From the NCBI GenBank assembly GCA_964016885.1, contig OZ024751.1:39122001-39186000 (forward strand): DNA of 64,000 bases, given 5' to 3'. This DNA comes from Eledone cirrhosa (lineage: Eukaryota). The translations under genes were made by a program, and so were the position numbers. This document shows, piece by piece, positions 14,306 through 29,724 of this stretch (its first letter is position 1; every line of letters begins with the position of its first letter). The notes under the pieces are model-generated. The model was not told where the DNA came from and did not search any database. It saw nothing but the letters and a program-made list of their open reading frames with translations.

Positions 14306-15696
14306 TCGAACATTCGTCGTTGGTACCAATAATGGTCCAACTCAAACAACACACAAGAACAACATGTCTTCACTATCTCACCTTATTGGGTATTGCATAC
14401 ATATTATAAGGACATTTGGGGAGAAATAGTAAAGTTCATTTGTGTATGAGTTGAGATATAATACAAACACCTGTAATATACTGGTGCTAATTAATTTAAC
14501 AATCTTACCGCCCACTTCTAAGATTGTGATACCTGTGGGCCAATGAAGCAATAATGATAAGAATAGAGATGTTTTTTGTGACGAGACAAGAGGAGAGGGG
14601 ACAGTAGATAGAATTGAACAAGATTTATGTCAGGAAACTTTTAACAAATCAGAGGAGATTCTGGCTACATTAAGTTAGCTCAGAATAAAGAAAGACCCGT
14701 AAGAGACACACACAAACACACATACAGATATACAGACAGACATAGACACACAGGCACACCCATACATACACAGATACATACACATACACACAGACACACA
14801 CATACAGACACACAGAGACACACTTACAGACACACACATACAGACACATACAGACACACACATACAGACACATACATACACAGACAGACGCAGGTAGACA
14901 TACATATCGATACATACACACATATATATATATATATATATATACAGATGCACACATATATATATACACACACACAAACATACAAAGAGATACATAGAAA
15001 TATAACCAACATTAAATCTCTGACTAAAGAGAGATGCACATTCATAAACAGAGGATGAAGTATTATTTAAGAAACAAATAGAACAAATAGACACGTTATT
15101 TTTTGTTGCCGATTTTTACCTTTCTTACTTATTTGTGTTTTTGTGTTTCTTTAATATGAATATACTGGAAAAGAATAATGTTGAATATTGCAAGAAAGAA
15201 TAGAAGAAATCTTTTAGTTTGACATATTGGAAATAAACGAAAAATATAAAAAGCGTCAGACGTTTACAGAATTAGCAAATAAAGGGGAGAGACATAAAAT
15301 AAATAAAAAAAAACAGAGACTGAACTGTTGCTATAAAGTATTGTCTGAATGGAAATATATAATACTAAATAAATATATAGACAGACAGACATAACATCAC
15401 TAACGAAAAAAAAAGGGAGAAAAAACAAGCAAATAAACAAACTAGAAAAAAATAAAATAAAGACACTAGAGGATTATGGTATGTCACAAACTAAGTGTTC
15501 TGATTCAAAATTGGTGAAATTAACCTTGTTATGTTAAAGTATATATCATTGACGGATTAAAGTATTTTTCTTACTGTTTGATGTTAGATCAAAATTCTTT
15601 CTGACATTTTCCAAAATATAATCTAATTTGTTTATATTTTTTTTCTTAATTTCAGCAGCAATATTCTTCTCGTGTGTGTGTTTAAATATATATGTG

Positions 15697-15759
<63 letters not shown>

Positions 15760-15766
15760 TTATATT

Positions 15767-15822
<56 letters not shown>

Positions 15823-16422
15823 AACACATACACGAGAAGAATATATATATGTGTGTGTGTGTATGTGTGTATGTGTGAGTGTGTATGTGTGTGTGTGTGT
15901 GTGTGTGTGCGTATGTTTGTGTGTGTGTATGTATTTTTTCACATCCCACACTATGAATAGCTGACATTTTGCAAGAAAACAAGATCTATAAAATCTGTAT
16001 TAGACACAAGGCAAACTAATGAAAGATCTAATTAAACTGATTGTATGAATTTTCAAATAACTGGTTGCCGCATAATTAGCATATCATTAGCATATTATTG
16101 ATTAACAAATAAAGAAATTAGTAAATTTTATTGAACTTTAGCTTTTGATTTGCACCATTTATATCGATAGCTTAAACGAACGAACACATGATATTTCCAG
16201 TAAAGTTTCATTTTCAGAAAATATAATATATCGAGTTAGACTACTACAATCAAAAGAATAATTGTTATTGGTCTAATATAGTTTATATTTTAAGTAGATT
16301 TGGATACTGCTAAAAATCTTACGTATACGTAAGTACACAAATACACACACACACACACCTGCACACAGACGTACCCATGCACGGAAGCACAGACAGACGA
16401 ACCCACACGCATACACAAACAC

Positions 16423-16538
16423 AGGTCCGTATTAAGTTAAAAACATCGGTTCTCGTCCGATCACCGAATTTAAGCAACCTCGAGCCCTGTTGATATACAG
16501 ATAGGTAACCGCTTGGAAAACCTAGGTGCTGTAAGACT
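16423..16538 (+). pseudogene. 5S rRNA pseudogene (or 5S-derived SINE head)
   Basis: AAAACATCGGTTCTCGTCCGATCACCGAATTTAAGCAACCTCGAGCCC...GGTAACCGCTTGGAAAACCTAGGTGCTGTAAGACT is colinear with metazoan 5S rRNA, with many substitutions. Confidence 0.88.
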
Positions 16539-16545
16539 ATCCCAG

Positions 16546-16829
<284 letters not shown>

Positions 16830-16960
16830 GTGAAGTTTTTTTTACAAAATGAAAAATAACCGAGGTGTCCTACACGAGTGGAAGTGTAAAGAAAAAGAGA
16901 TGAAATCGAAAATGCAACTGAAGTCTTATTTTTTTTTTAAATATATATATTTATTTGGTT

Positions 16961-16998
16961 CCTTTACCGGTTTCGCAGTTCTTCTGCTTTTCAAAAGG
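16961..16998 (-). ncRNA. Mirror copy of the U3-A8 hammerhead
   Basis: Exact reverse complement of 17074-17111 within the palindrome. Confidence 0.75.
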
Positions 16999-17073
16999 TG
17001 AGTTGAGATGGATGGTCTGTGGTTTTTCTCACATCTGATGTGAGAAAAACCACAGACCCTCCATCTCAACTCA

Positions 17074-17111
17074 CCTTTTGAAAAGCAGAAGAACTGCGAA
17101 ACCGGTAAAGG
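17074..17111 (+). ncRNA. Minimal type I hammerhead ribozyme, U3-A8 core variant
   Basis: CCTT-TTGAAAA-GCAG(AAGAA)CTGC-GAAA-CCGG-TA-AAGG: stem I CCTT/AAGG, stem II, palindromic stem III, GUA cleavage triplet. Confidence 0.75.
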
Positions 17112-17180
17112 AACCAAATAAATATATATATTTAAAAAAAAAATAAGACTTCAGTTGCATTTTCGATTTCATCTCTTTTT

Positions 17181-17210
<30 letters not shown>

Positions 17211-17214
<4 letters not shown>

Positions 17215-17391
17215 GTTTTTACTTTTGGCACAAGGCCAGCAATTATCCCAGTGTATTACTCTTATCGACCCCGTAAGGATGAAAGGCAAAGTCAACCTCG
17301 GCGGGATTTGAACTCAGACCATAAAGGGCGTAACTCTTTGCTGCAAAGCATGGCGTCATGACCCTCTATCGATACTGCCAATCCACCGCCC
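17211..17391 (-). mobile_element. tRNA-derived Meta-like SINE
   Basis: Reverse complement of the family seen at 32805-32992. Confidence 0.88.
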
Positions 17392-17640
17392 TATTATATA
17401 TATATATAAGGTGACGGAACTAGAATAAGGTTCTCCCTCCTAGTACCGGTTGCATCTCAGCGTACTCAATAGGTAAGGTTATGTAAAATCCCAGAGTAGA
17501 CACAAGGTTATTTGTCTCAATACAACGCACGTAAATGGGTGCCAACATTTATGCCCGTACTCGAGTTTCGGCCACACTTAATGCAGCAAGAGAACGTACA
17601 GCATCTATTGACTGCATTTATTATGCACCAATGTACAAGC

Positions 17641-17705
<65 letters not shown>

Positions 17706-17708
<3 letters not shown>

Positions 17709-18044
17709 AAGGTTAAACAAGGTTCAATGAATAAATCAAAGAATTAGTTATGTAAATTGCTGTTATGTATTTTTAAGCTTTCTTACACGCACCCTCTGTA
17801 TTATATGTATTATATGTAAGTTTTTTCATGTCTCAATCTTAAGGTATATAAATATTGAGTTTTATCATATCTTACTCACAACCATGACTGGATCTTAACC
17901 ATCTACTATGTCAGGGTATGTCATGCATCATCTTATTTTATCTGATGAGGACGTACTGTTGAAGTTAGCTCAGTACCTCTGAAATATGTATAATAAAATA
18001 TACTTGATCACATAAAGTTCTATTTTTATTAATATGTTGAATTA

Positions 18045-18045
<1 letters not shown>
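17706..18045 (+). mobile_element. Penelope-like pLTR/3' fragment in (TA)n
   Basis: Unique insert between TA runs with TATATAAA at ~17845 and a hammerhead at 17934. Confidence 0.55.
17934..18000 (+). ncRNA. Type I hammerhead ribozyme motif
   Basis: TATTTTAT-CTGATGA-GGACGTACTG..CAGTACCTCT-GAAA-TATGTA-TA-ATAAAATA, with a perfect 8-bp stem I. Confidence 0.78.
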
Positions 18046-18093
<48 letters not shown>

Positions 18094-18164
18094 GTGTATG
18101 TGTGAATGTGTATTTATAAATAAATATATTTATATATGTGTGTGTGTGAATGTGTATGTATAAA

Positions 18165-18228
<64 letters not shown>

Positions 18229-18786
18229 ATATTATTATTACTTTCAAAGTAAAGGGTATCATGAATGATACAAAATCAAACATACCAAACATATGTCTTG
18301 TCTCTAAAAACAACTCAAGATATAATTCAGAGAATAAAATCGAGCCTTAATCATTATAAGAAAGTGAATGAAATATATTCATACACAGATAAGTGTGCAT
18401 TAAGACATATCAAACATTAAGTCTAGAGACTATCTACACTGAATGTAAGATTACATAATTCGTTGAGTATCTTATTAAATTTAATTAAACATTTTCTTAT
18501 AATGATATATATATATATATATATATATCATTATAAGAAAATATATATATATATTAATTCAAATATATATATTTGATTAATTAATATATATATATATATA
18601 TTAATAAAAGGAATTCCAACTTTATCTGTTTTACTCGTTTTATTTTCAATCCTTTAACATGTATAATGGTATTAGAATGAAATAGTATGGTAGAATATTA
18701 AATGTTAAGTGTTAATTAAACAAGTACTTTCATGCTTTCGCAAGTTCATATTCTGTGGTGACAATCAAGTTTGCAATTTTCAACTG

Positions 18787-18872
<86 letters not shown>

Positions 18873-19544
18873 GTATACACACATATGTTACGGTGATATA
18901 CATGTGAAATTTAAAAGTATTTAAAAGCTACAACTGTTTATAGAGAGGAGGTCGTTGCCTCATTATGCCCACACTTGAAGGTATAATGGTCTTATTAACA
19001 ACTTTCTGAAGCATTCATTCATGGATATTCACTTCAATTATTTCGGCTAGTCACGAAAGTCATATATTTCAGAAGAGTTGGTTATTGTGAATTTCATTCT
19101 CTTTCTAAGCGGCCTGAAATTACTTATTTCTGTATTGAAACCGTCTCAGTGTTTCACTATCATAATATCGTTATAAGCTGCTTTTTTGTATTTCTATAAT
19201 TTTGTGTATTAAATAGGTTTATTTACAATAGTTTATAATTTTGCCTATTAACACCTGTGGTGAGCAAATGGCGTCCCACGTGCTGGCCTCCCCACAGCCC
19301 CGGCGGACAGGATGGAGAAGGCTCATACCGACGGCTGGTCAGCTCAGCGCCTATGGTGGCGAATATCGTTTTTAATTTAGGTCAAAATCGAGCAGCTTTG
19401 AGGGCGCAGGAAATGGAGTCGATAAAGTTGGTATACTCATCCACTTAACTATTATACAGGTACTATATTTATAAACCCCGCTGTCCTTTGAACTCCCTTC
19501 GTTATCCTAATGTGGAGATTTACGTACAGAGCCAGTAGTTTTAG

Positions 19545-19700
19545 GTAAAATAAATAAGTCAGTTATATTGACACCAATACTGGAGTGGTACTTTATTTTA
19601 TCGATCTCAGAAAGATGAAAGATGAAATTGACTTTGACAGGATTTGAAATCAGAGTGCAGTGAGGCAGAATGAAAGGCAATTGTTTAGGCCGGCACTTAA
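19545..19700 (-). mobile_element. Degenerate Meta-like SINE
   Basis: TGGTACTTTATTTTATCGATCTCAGAAAGATGAAAG..GGATTTGAAATCAGAG. Confidence 0.65.
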
Positions 19701-21189
19701 ACAATTTTTTATTTTCACGCAGTTCAATTCCCGCTTCCAAACACTCTATGCGTATTGCATTATAAAACGGCCATAGTTTAAAGTTAAAATAAAATAACCT
19801 CTTTTCTCTTTAATTTTACTGACCTGAATGCTATCTCGAAAACTTTGCCATTAAACTTAGATTTTATTGTGATTTGAATTTCTGCTTAATTTGTTTTTTT
19901 TTTATTGTAAGGGGAAGGGTGTTCGTTTTAGTACGGATCTTCTTCTTCTTCTTCTTCTTCTTCTTCTTCTTCTTCTTCAACGCGTGTACCATCACCACCA
20001 TCGCCACCACCAACAAACAACGACCAATAACACAACCATCATCAATCATCATCATCAGCAGCAGCAGCAAGCAGCATCATCATCCTCATCACCATCATCA
20101 TTAATATCACAGTAAACGGTTTTTTTTTTTTTCATCATCTTCATTTTAAGTTACCATTAAAAACAATATTAGAAATAAACGGCTGATAAAACAATAACAG
20201 TTTCAAATAAGTTTACTAAACTTTCGTCCGCCACCCCAAGGTTGCCTCCACCACATTCTACCCTATCACCTCTATCGCCACCACACCCCATCACACTCCA
20301 TCTCACCACACACTTCACCTCACCACACACTCCAACCCAACCCAACCCGTCTTCTACAAAATAATTTTTTTTTTTTAATCATTATTTAACCTTTATTACT
20401 TTGCAAATAACATAAAGCAGACAAGCAGTCTGATACCAACTAAATGCTAAATGATTCCTCCCCCACCCTAATTCACCTTACCCTATAGCTCCACCACCCT
20501 ATCCCACCGCATCAACTCTCCCGCCACCATCACGCCCCAGCCCGCCACTATACTTATTCATTTTTCGAAAATCTAAATATTATTTCAAATATAAAATTTC
20601 TATTTCAAATAAGAGATTGAAGAATTTTTTTGTTGCGAGGTTTTATAATTATTTATTTATATTTATTTTGATATTTTTATTGTTTTTTTTTTATTTATGT
20701 TTATGTTTTTTTTTTTGGGGGGGGGTTTGTTTTGTGTGTGTGTGTGTGTTTTTTTTTTGTTTTTTTGTTTTTTTTTTTGGGGGGGGGGGGTCTTTGTTTC
20801 TTTCCTCCTTCCTCCTTTCCTTCCAATGTTTCCTTCTTTCCTTTCTCCCTTCCTTTTTGAAAGAAGTTTTCTAAACTGGAAAGTAGTTAGAAAAATAAAT
20901 TTAAAAAAAATGAAAGAGAAAATAAAAATGTTTTATGAATCATTAGTAATAATGTAAAAAATACATACAAACAAATACACTAGGAATAAATGGTAAATTT
21001 AAAAAAGAATCGTTGTATACAGATAGCCTTAATTCCCCTATTTTACATTGAAGTTTTCCTATAAAATCTAGTGTTTATGCATATAAGTAAGTATGTATGT
21101 GTGTATGAATTTATGTACGTGCGTGTATGCATAAATGTATATATATTTATGTGTTTATATATATATTTAAACATATAGTCATTAAATAT

Positions 21190-21236
<47 letters not shown>

Positions 21237-21860
21237 ATATATGTTTCTGTGCTTATGAAAATATTATATATACATATATAATGTTTTCATAAGCACAGAA
21301 ATATATATATATATTGTATATTTATATGACTATATGTTTAAATATATATATTATGTGTTTGTGAGAGTGTGAGTGTGTGTGTGTGTGTGTGTGATTGTGC
21401 ATATATATATATATAAATATATACGTATGTACATGTTGATTTGTATTATATTGGTTTACTATAACATTTATTCGCAGTGTAGCGAAGAGATAGAATTGCT
21501 GAAGCAAAGCAATATCATACTTACGTGGTTTACTTAGTGGGTCCCATATCAGACGTTCAATACACATTCATGAATATATTTGTGAGGGTCTTTTTATACA
21601 ATATATTTATTTTAACGATCTCAGATCAGATAAAAATACATGCCTTGTCTTCAGTACCGTATGACCTTGAGTATAGGAACAGAAAGCTAGGGAGTGAATG
21701 TCCCTCCTTCATACATACATATTGCTCTGAATATATTGTTGTTTCCTTTGTGTGGGGAGCAGAGCAGCTCTGTATAGAGTTTAAAAATAGGGATCCCATT
21801 TTGAAACAATATTTTAGACAACGTACATAGTTGCCTTGGTGATTGAAAAAGAATAATAAT

Positions 21861-22036
21861 AATTGTTTCTACTTTTGGCACAAGGCCAGCAATTATTCCA
21901 GTACATTACTGCTACTTTATTTTATCGACCCCGGATGAGAGGCAAAGTTAACCTTGGCGGGAATTGAACTCAGAATGGCAAGGGCTGTAACTCTTTGCTG
22001 CAAAGCATGGTGTCCGATGCTCTACCGATACTGCCA
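21861..22036 (-). mobile_element. tRNA-derived Meta-like SINE
   Basis: Same family; flanked by (AAT)n. Confidence 0.88.
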
Positions 22037-22127
22037 ATAATAATAATAACCCGAGCGGGTGATTAGACATTCGAAAAGATGTTTCCAGTATTCATACAGT
22101 CGTCTGGCAATAACTCCTGGCAGATGT

Positions 22128-22335
22128 CAGACCTGCCAACCTCTAAAAACCCAAACGGGGAGTACCATGGAAAAAAAGTTCCCCAAAACAGGGAGAAATG
22201 AGGCAAAATGGAGAGATTTCACATAATGAAAGCTCTACCCATTTTCACAAAGGAAGACAACTTTCACCCACTCCAGGGGGGGGGGGGGGGGCGAGATATC
22301 TCACAAACGTCGGACGGGGACATGTGACAGGTCTG
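22128..22335. mobile_element. MITE with hAT-like CAG termini
   Basis: CAGACCTGCCA ... TGACAGGTCTG terminal inverted repeats; no clean TSD. Confidence 0.5.
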
Positions 22336-22636
22336 AGAGGTAGCAAAATGAAGTGAAGTATATTACTCACGTTAACAAATCATTCAATATAGAAATGAAA
22401 AAGATTTCATTAATATTTATAGTTTAAAAGAAAAGAAAACCGAGGATAATTTACTTTAAATAAATGTGAGTGAAATCAAATAGCAATTGTGAAGGATCGA
22501 ACTGGTGACAAAGATTACATTTACCGACAGCTTACCTCTTATGCTACGAACAATTACTAGATGTACTCTGTACTTAAGATAGATATTATGATAGCTTTCA
22601 AATACCTGTATCAAACAATGTATGTATGTGTTTATG

Positions 22637-22699
<63 letters not shown>

Positions 22700-22716
22700 A
22701 TATATATATATATATG

Positions 22717-22767
<51 letters not shown>

Positions 22768-22772
22768 GTATG

Positions 22773-23061
<289 letters not shown>

Positions 23062-23182
23062 TGAATGTATATATGAATATATATATATATTCATGTATAT
23101 ACCTTCATATATTTAGCCATACACATACACACATAAACAGAAATGCATACAACCAGACACACATACATACACACACACACAG

Positions 23183-23267
<85 letters not shown>

Positions 23268-23463
23268 TGTATATGTCTGTGTGTGTATGTATTTTGTACA
23301 CGTTTTTCAATTTGCATGTCTTTGCAATATATGTAGCTATTGATAATGCTGGAAATTAAACGAAACTAGACAAAACATAATGGTGGATAAACAAATTGCA
23401 GTGAGATAAAAGAAGGCGAGATGATTTGAGAAAGAATGAGATTGATAGGAGGTTGGAAAGACG

Positions 23464-24201
<738 letters not shown>

Positions 24202-24429
24202 AACTCTGCACCATCCACATCTATTTACACGTTACGGTTATCTTTATCTCTCTATATTGCACACGTATCACGTACTTACATGCTTTTACTCAAGTACATA
24301 CACATATACACCTATATATGTTATACACCTACTACACATATGCATATATATATATATATATATACATACACACTCACATATATACATAAATACATATATA
24401 TAAATATAAATATGCATATATATATGTAT

Positions 24430-24587
<158 letters not shown>

Positions 24588-24598
24588 CTATATATATA

Positions 24599-24712
<114 letters not shown>

Positions 24713-24753
24713 CACACTCACATATATACATAAATACATATATATAAATATAC

Positions 24754-24851
<98 letters not shown>

Positions 24852-24963
24852 ATATATATATACATACACACTCACATATATACATAAATACATATATATA
24901 AATATACATATATATATGTATTTTATATATATATATATAAATATAAATATACATATATATATG

Positions 24964-25085
<122 letters not shown>

Positions 25086-25161
25086 ATATATATATATACA
25101 TACACACTCACATATATACATAAATACATATATATAAATATAAATATACATATATATATGC

Positions 25162-25207
<46 letters not shown>

Positions 25208-25921
25208 TATATGTATATATATATACATATATATATAGAGAGATTTGTACATCCATACACATAGAATACGTGTGTGAAAGTGTTTGTCTGTGCATGAATG
25301 CGTGTTTATGTTTAAGAGTATGTATGTGTGTGTATATATATTTGCGTCTGTGTGTATATATATATATTTGTGTCTGTCTATCAGTATACGAATGTTTTAC
25401 TTCACAGTCTATGATATCGACGCCTCACCATAGACGGCAGGCTGGGTGCCAAACAAGTCAAAAGTGATGTCCTTAATCTAGATAATTACTCCATTCTACA
25501 CGCCATCTTGCGCAGCCTGCAGGTTACAAGCTTTTATTATTCCTAATCTCATTCGTTTGATTCATATTTTCTTTCAGTCTTTCTTAGCTTTCATCTCGTT
25601 GTCTTTGTTCTAATTGTTATTGTTGTTGTTATTATTATTTTTTCTGGGCTAGTTGTTGTTACTATTATTTTGAAAATTGTTGTTGTTGTTGTTGTTCTTA
25701 CTATTATTTTGTTGTTGGTGGTGTTGTTGCTGTTGTTGTTTTTATAGTAGGTGGTTTTTGAAAGTTTTCGTATTGTTTCATGTTAGTGTATGTAGTGTCT
25801 GATATATATTTTGTTTACTGTCATTATCACTAGTTGTTGCTATCATTATTTTATGTGTGTTAGTGTATGTGTTTGTGTGTCTGTATGAAATAGATATGTT
25901 TATAAGAATGTATATATATAT

Positions 25922-25989
<68 letters not shown>

Positions 25990-25995
25990 TATATG

Positions 25996-26066
<71 letters not shown>

Positions 26067-26085
26067 TATATATATATGCATATAT

Positions 26086-26245
26086 AGTAATAATAATAAA
26101 TTTGAAGACTAAAATCCAAAGAGGGCTCGATAAGGATAAATATATATCAAATATAAAAGAACCGTAGAGCAAATATTTATTAAAATAACAGATTAAAGTT
26201 TAAGCAAAGAATCGCTGCTTTCACCCTTAACGGGATCTTCTGAAA
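26086..26245 (-). mobile_element. (TA)n-adjacent element, family D (copy 1)
   Basis: ~135 bp about 90% similar to 33976-34117; the minus strand begins with degenerate CAGAAGA-TCCC(GTTAA)GGGT-GAAA. Confidence 0.6.
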
Positions 26246-26519
26246 CTAACAAAGTCAATTTGTTAACGCACAAGTGAATATTTCAAAAAAAGGTGCAACA
26301 GGAGGAAGACAGGAAGACGATACTTTTGTTCGTGGAAACGTTCCCTGGCAAAGACCGGAAAAAACGAATATAATACGTCATTATTTGGAGCAGTGAAAAA
26401 CAATTACACGCAAAGACAAAACGTTTATGGTATAAAAGAGGTCGTAAACTAATATTCTATTGTGTGGTTCATAGAGACGTTCTCTGGCAATGAACGGAAA
26501 AAACGAAGATAATACGTAT

Positions 26520-26670
26520 TGAAATATGTATAATAAAATAAATATGGTTTTATAAATATAGTTTCCATTTATTAATATATTGTGTATTTACTCCACAACC
26601 TATTGAGTGCTTTATATCAGTTATAAAAATGTTTAAGCTTGTTGAATCCCAACAAATTAAATATAACCTC

Positions 26671-26672
<2 letters not shown>
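26520..26672 (+). mobile_element. Family A copy beginning at the hammerhead GAAA
   Basis: GAAATATGTATAATAAAATAAATATGGTTTTATAAATATAGTTTCCATTTA.. matches 61980-62128; ends in (TA)n. Confidence 0.68.
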
Positions 26673-26719
<47 letters not shown>

Positions 26720-26722
<3 letters not shown>

Positions 26723-26829
26723 CCAGTAAGGGGTCTTACTGGTTCCTATTACCCACTCTACTACCTCAAGTATTGAGTACTTTGGTGCGTTATGGTCCAC
26801 CTGGTTCCTTACCACATTTCCTTCGTTAT
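26720..26829 (+). mobile_element. (TA)n-inserted short element, family B, with 11-bp 5' hairpin
   Basis: GAACCAGTAAG-GGGT-CTTACTGGTTC, then a body nearly identical to the reverse complement of 27456-27553. Confidence 0.7.
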
Positions 26830-27009
26830 ATATATATATATATATATGCATATATATATATATATATTTATTATTTTTTTTATTTATTATATATATATAT
26901 ATATGCTTGTGTGTATGTATACATACATTTTACATATATATTTTCATATATACATGTAAAATATATGTATATTTTATGTCGTATTGCTCCTGATTTTCTT
27001 CGTTCTTAC

Positions 27010-27255
27010 CTTCTTCTTCTTCTTCTTCTTCTTCTTCTTCTCCTCCGTGGGAGGGTTGTGGGGACAGGTTCTGCAAGCATGCCTTCCATCTGATCTTGTC
27101 ACCAGCAATCGACCCCCAAATGATCCGGCCAGATCTTCAAGCGAGACCAGCCACGCTCATCGATTTCATCCAACCATATTGCTCCTGTCGGGTAGTTTTG
27201 CTGTCAAAACTTCTGTAGGGGTATCTTCGTTAGACATTCCACCCACATGTCCGTA
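27010..27255 (-). mobile_element. Degenerate RTE-clade LINE 3' end with (GAA)n tail
   Basis: Minus strand reads [27 protein letters not shown]-like, resembling RTE C-termini. Abuts (CTT)n on the + strand. Confidence 0.6.
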
Positions 27256-27360
27256 GTATCGGAGTTGTGATTTGATTCCAATATGGAGTAGTGTTGACAC
27301 ATGGAACGATTACTTGTTTCTTCTCTAACGTAATGTTAAATTGATTTCTCTCCCTTCTGG

Positions 27361-27455
<95 letters not shown>

Positions 27456-27457
<2 letters not shown>

Positions 27458-27652
27458 CGAAGGAAATGTGGTAAGGAACCAGGTGGACCATAACGCACCA
27501 AAGTACTCAATACTTGGGGTAGTAGAGTGGGTAATAGGAACCAGTAAGACCCCGACAGCTGAGCTCAAGCCGTTTCGACGGCTAATTCTGGACTCCAGAA
27601 TTAGCCGTCGAAACGGCTTGAGCTCAGCTGTCGGTGTCTTACTGGTTCCTAT
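27456..27652 (-). mobile_element. (TA)n-inserted short element, family B, with palindrome 27534-27652
   Basis: 59-bp arms around C27593 with one mismatch; contains ..TAGCCGTC-GAAAC-GGC-TT-GAGCTC. A related fragment lies at ~61388-61445. Confidence 0.72.
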
Positions 27653-27656
27653 ATAT

Positions 27657-27700
<44 letters not shown>

Positions 27701-27844
27701 AACATGCGTACATGCATAGTCACATATATACATACATACAAACTTACATATATATATATATATGTATACATAAATACATATATACATAAATATGTATACA
27801 TAAATACATAAATACATATATACAAATATCACTCTCTCTTTTAA

Positions 27845-27982
<138 letters not shown>

Positions 27983-28322
27983 GTCTGTGAAAGAAACACT
28001 TATACGTAGATACAATCCTGTGTCTCTATTTCAATGTGTAGACGTGAGTATTCGTGTGTTATGCCGTAAATAAAGATATCAGTCCATATGTTATGTATAA
28101 AGTTAAGATAGAAATTAATTACTATATAAATTTACTAGAATATTGTCTTCCATTCCTCCTGCTAACTAAAGAAAACCAAGTTTCTTATTTATTTTCTCTG
28201 CTAGCCAAAAAGCCAAAACTAATTAGTTAAGGGAATAAAAACTAATCAATGCCCTAATGTAGTTTCGTAATAAAATAAAATACTTTCTCTCTTATGCTTT
28301 CTCTCTCACTATTTCTCTTTCT

Positions 28323-28358
<36 letters not shown>

Positions 28359-29724
28359 CTCTCTCTCACTCTCTCTCTCCAACGTCTTGCTTACTCTGTC
28401 TGCCTCTCTCTATCTCATTATTTCTCCAATGTCTTTCTTTCTCTTTCCCTCCCTCCCCCCGCTCTCTCTCTCTCTCTCTCTCTCTCCTATTCTCTTTCTA
28501 TCTCATTTATTTCTTTGTAAGTCGACACAGAGGAAGAACAATTTCTATTGCTGTTTAACTTTATTATATTAAAAACTTATCAAAAACATCTTGAATAGTT
28601 TAAATTTGTTTGCAATTATTGACAAAAATAAATTTATAACAAAAAAAATGCATTTGTTTAAATTTATTTTTATTATTTGTCTGTTTATTCTTATATAGTG
28701 TTTTTACATGTATTTTAATATTTCTTTGTTTTGTTTCGCGAAGGTTTTATCCCCTTTTTTTTAACTCTTTTAATTTTAGTGTCTATTATTCCTTTTTCAT
28801 ACCATTTCCTTTTTATGGCCAAGTTGTTCGTCTCAGAAAATATCTTTAAGAGTTTTTTGTCAACTTATTTTCGTTCACATTATAGCTTTGTGAATAAATC
28901 CTATTTTAAAACACAGACTAGGCTTTATGGAAGATATTATTCACATTTAAATTTCAAATTCAACGTCAACAGATTTAATTTCACAGATTTTTACATCAAT
29001 GTAGGCGCCGAAAGCAAAATCGTTCGTCATTTTACAAAGGCAATGGACAGGAATGTAAAAAGAATGGTTGAATTTCGAATTCGCCTATATTTAATTAAAT
29101 TTCATATAAATTGATTAAAATATGGTGGTCATCAAAAGGCCATATTAACCTTTAGGCTTTATGTTTTAAATTTACACATTCACAAACAGATACACAGATA
29201 TATACACACTCTAACACACAAGCAAACATAAAGATGAACACTCAAATAACACACACACATACACACATTCATTCACACACGCATACACTCACATGCACTA
29301 ACATGCAGACACAAATATACACAAAACGATATTTTAATGATCAAATTAAACTTGAGATAAACAAACACAAATGTGTATGTGTGTGTCTAGATAGTGTGTG
29401 TGTAGATAGTGTGTGTGTGTCTAGATAATAGACTGTGTGCATGTGAGTGCATGATTATATATATACATATATATATGTGTGTGTGTCTGTGTGTGTATGT
29501 CTGTGTGTGTGTATGTGTATGTGAGAGAGGGAGAGTGTGTGTGTTTGTTTACGTGTATAATTGTATGATTAAGTTGAAATGTACCAGAATTTATATGGAA
29601 GTGTTTATATGTGAGAGTATGATTGTCTGTGTGTGTATGTGTGTGTGTATGTCTATGTATTTTGCCTGGTGAGAATATGATTTCGTGTATGTGTGACTGT
29701 ATGTGTGTTGGTGTGTATGATTAT

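Larger units (their letters stand above)
16823..17185 (-). mobile_element. Penelope-like pLTR fragment with 5' fold-back; 299-bp palindrome 16887-17185
   Basis: 149-bp arms around T17036 with one mismatch; hammerhead in each arm; bounded by (TA)n on both sides. Confidence 0.7.

Noticed and set aside
21540-21835. Possible decayed DNA-transposase fragment (minus strand)
   Set aside because: Only a vague resemblance, with multiple stops; cannot be supported without a search.
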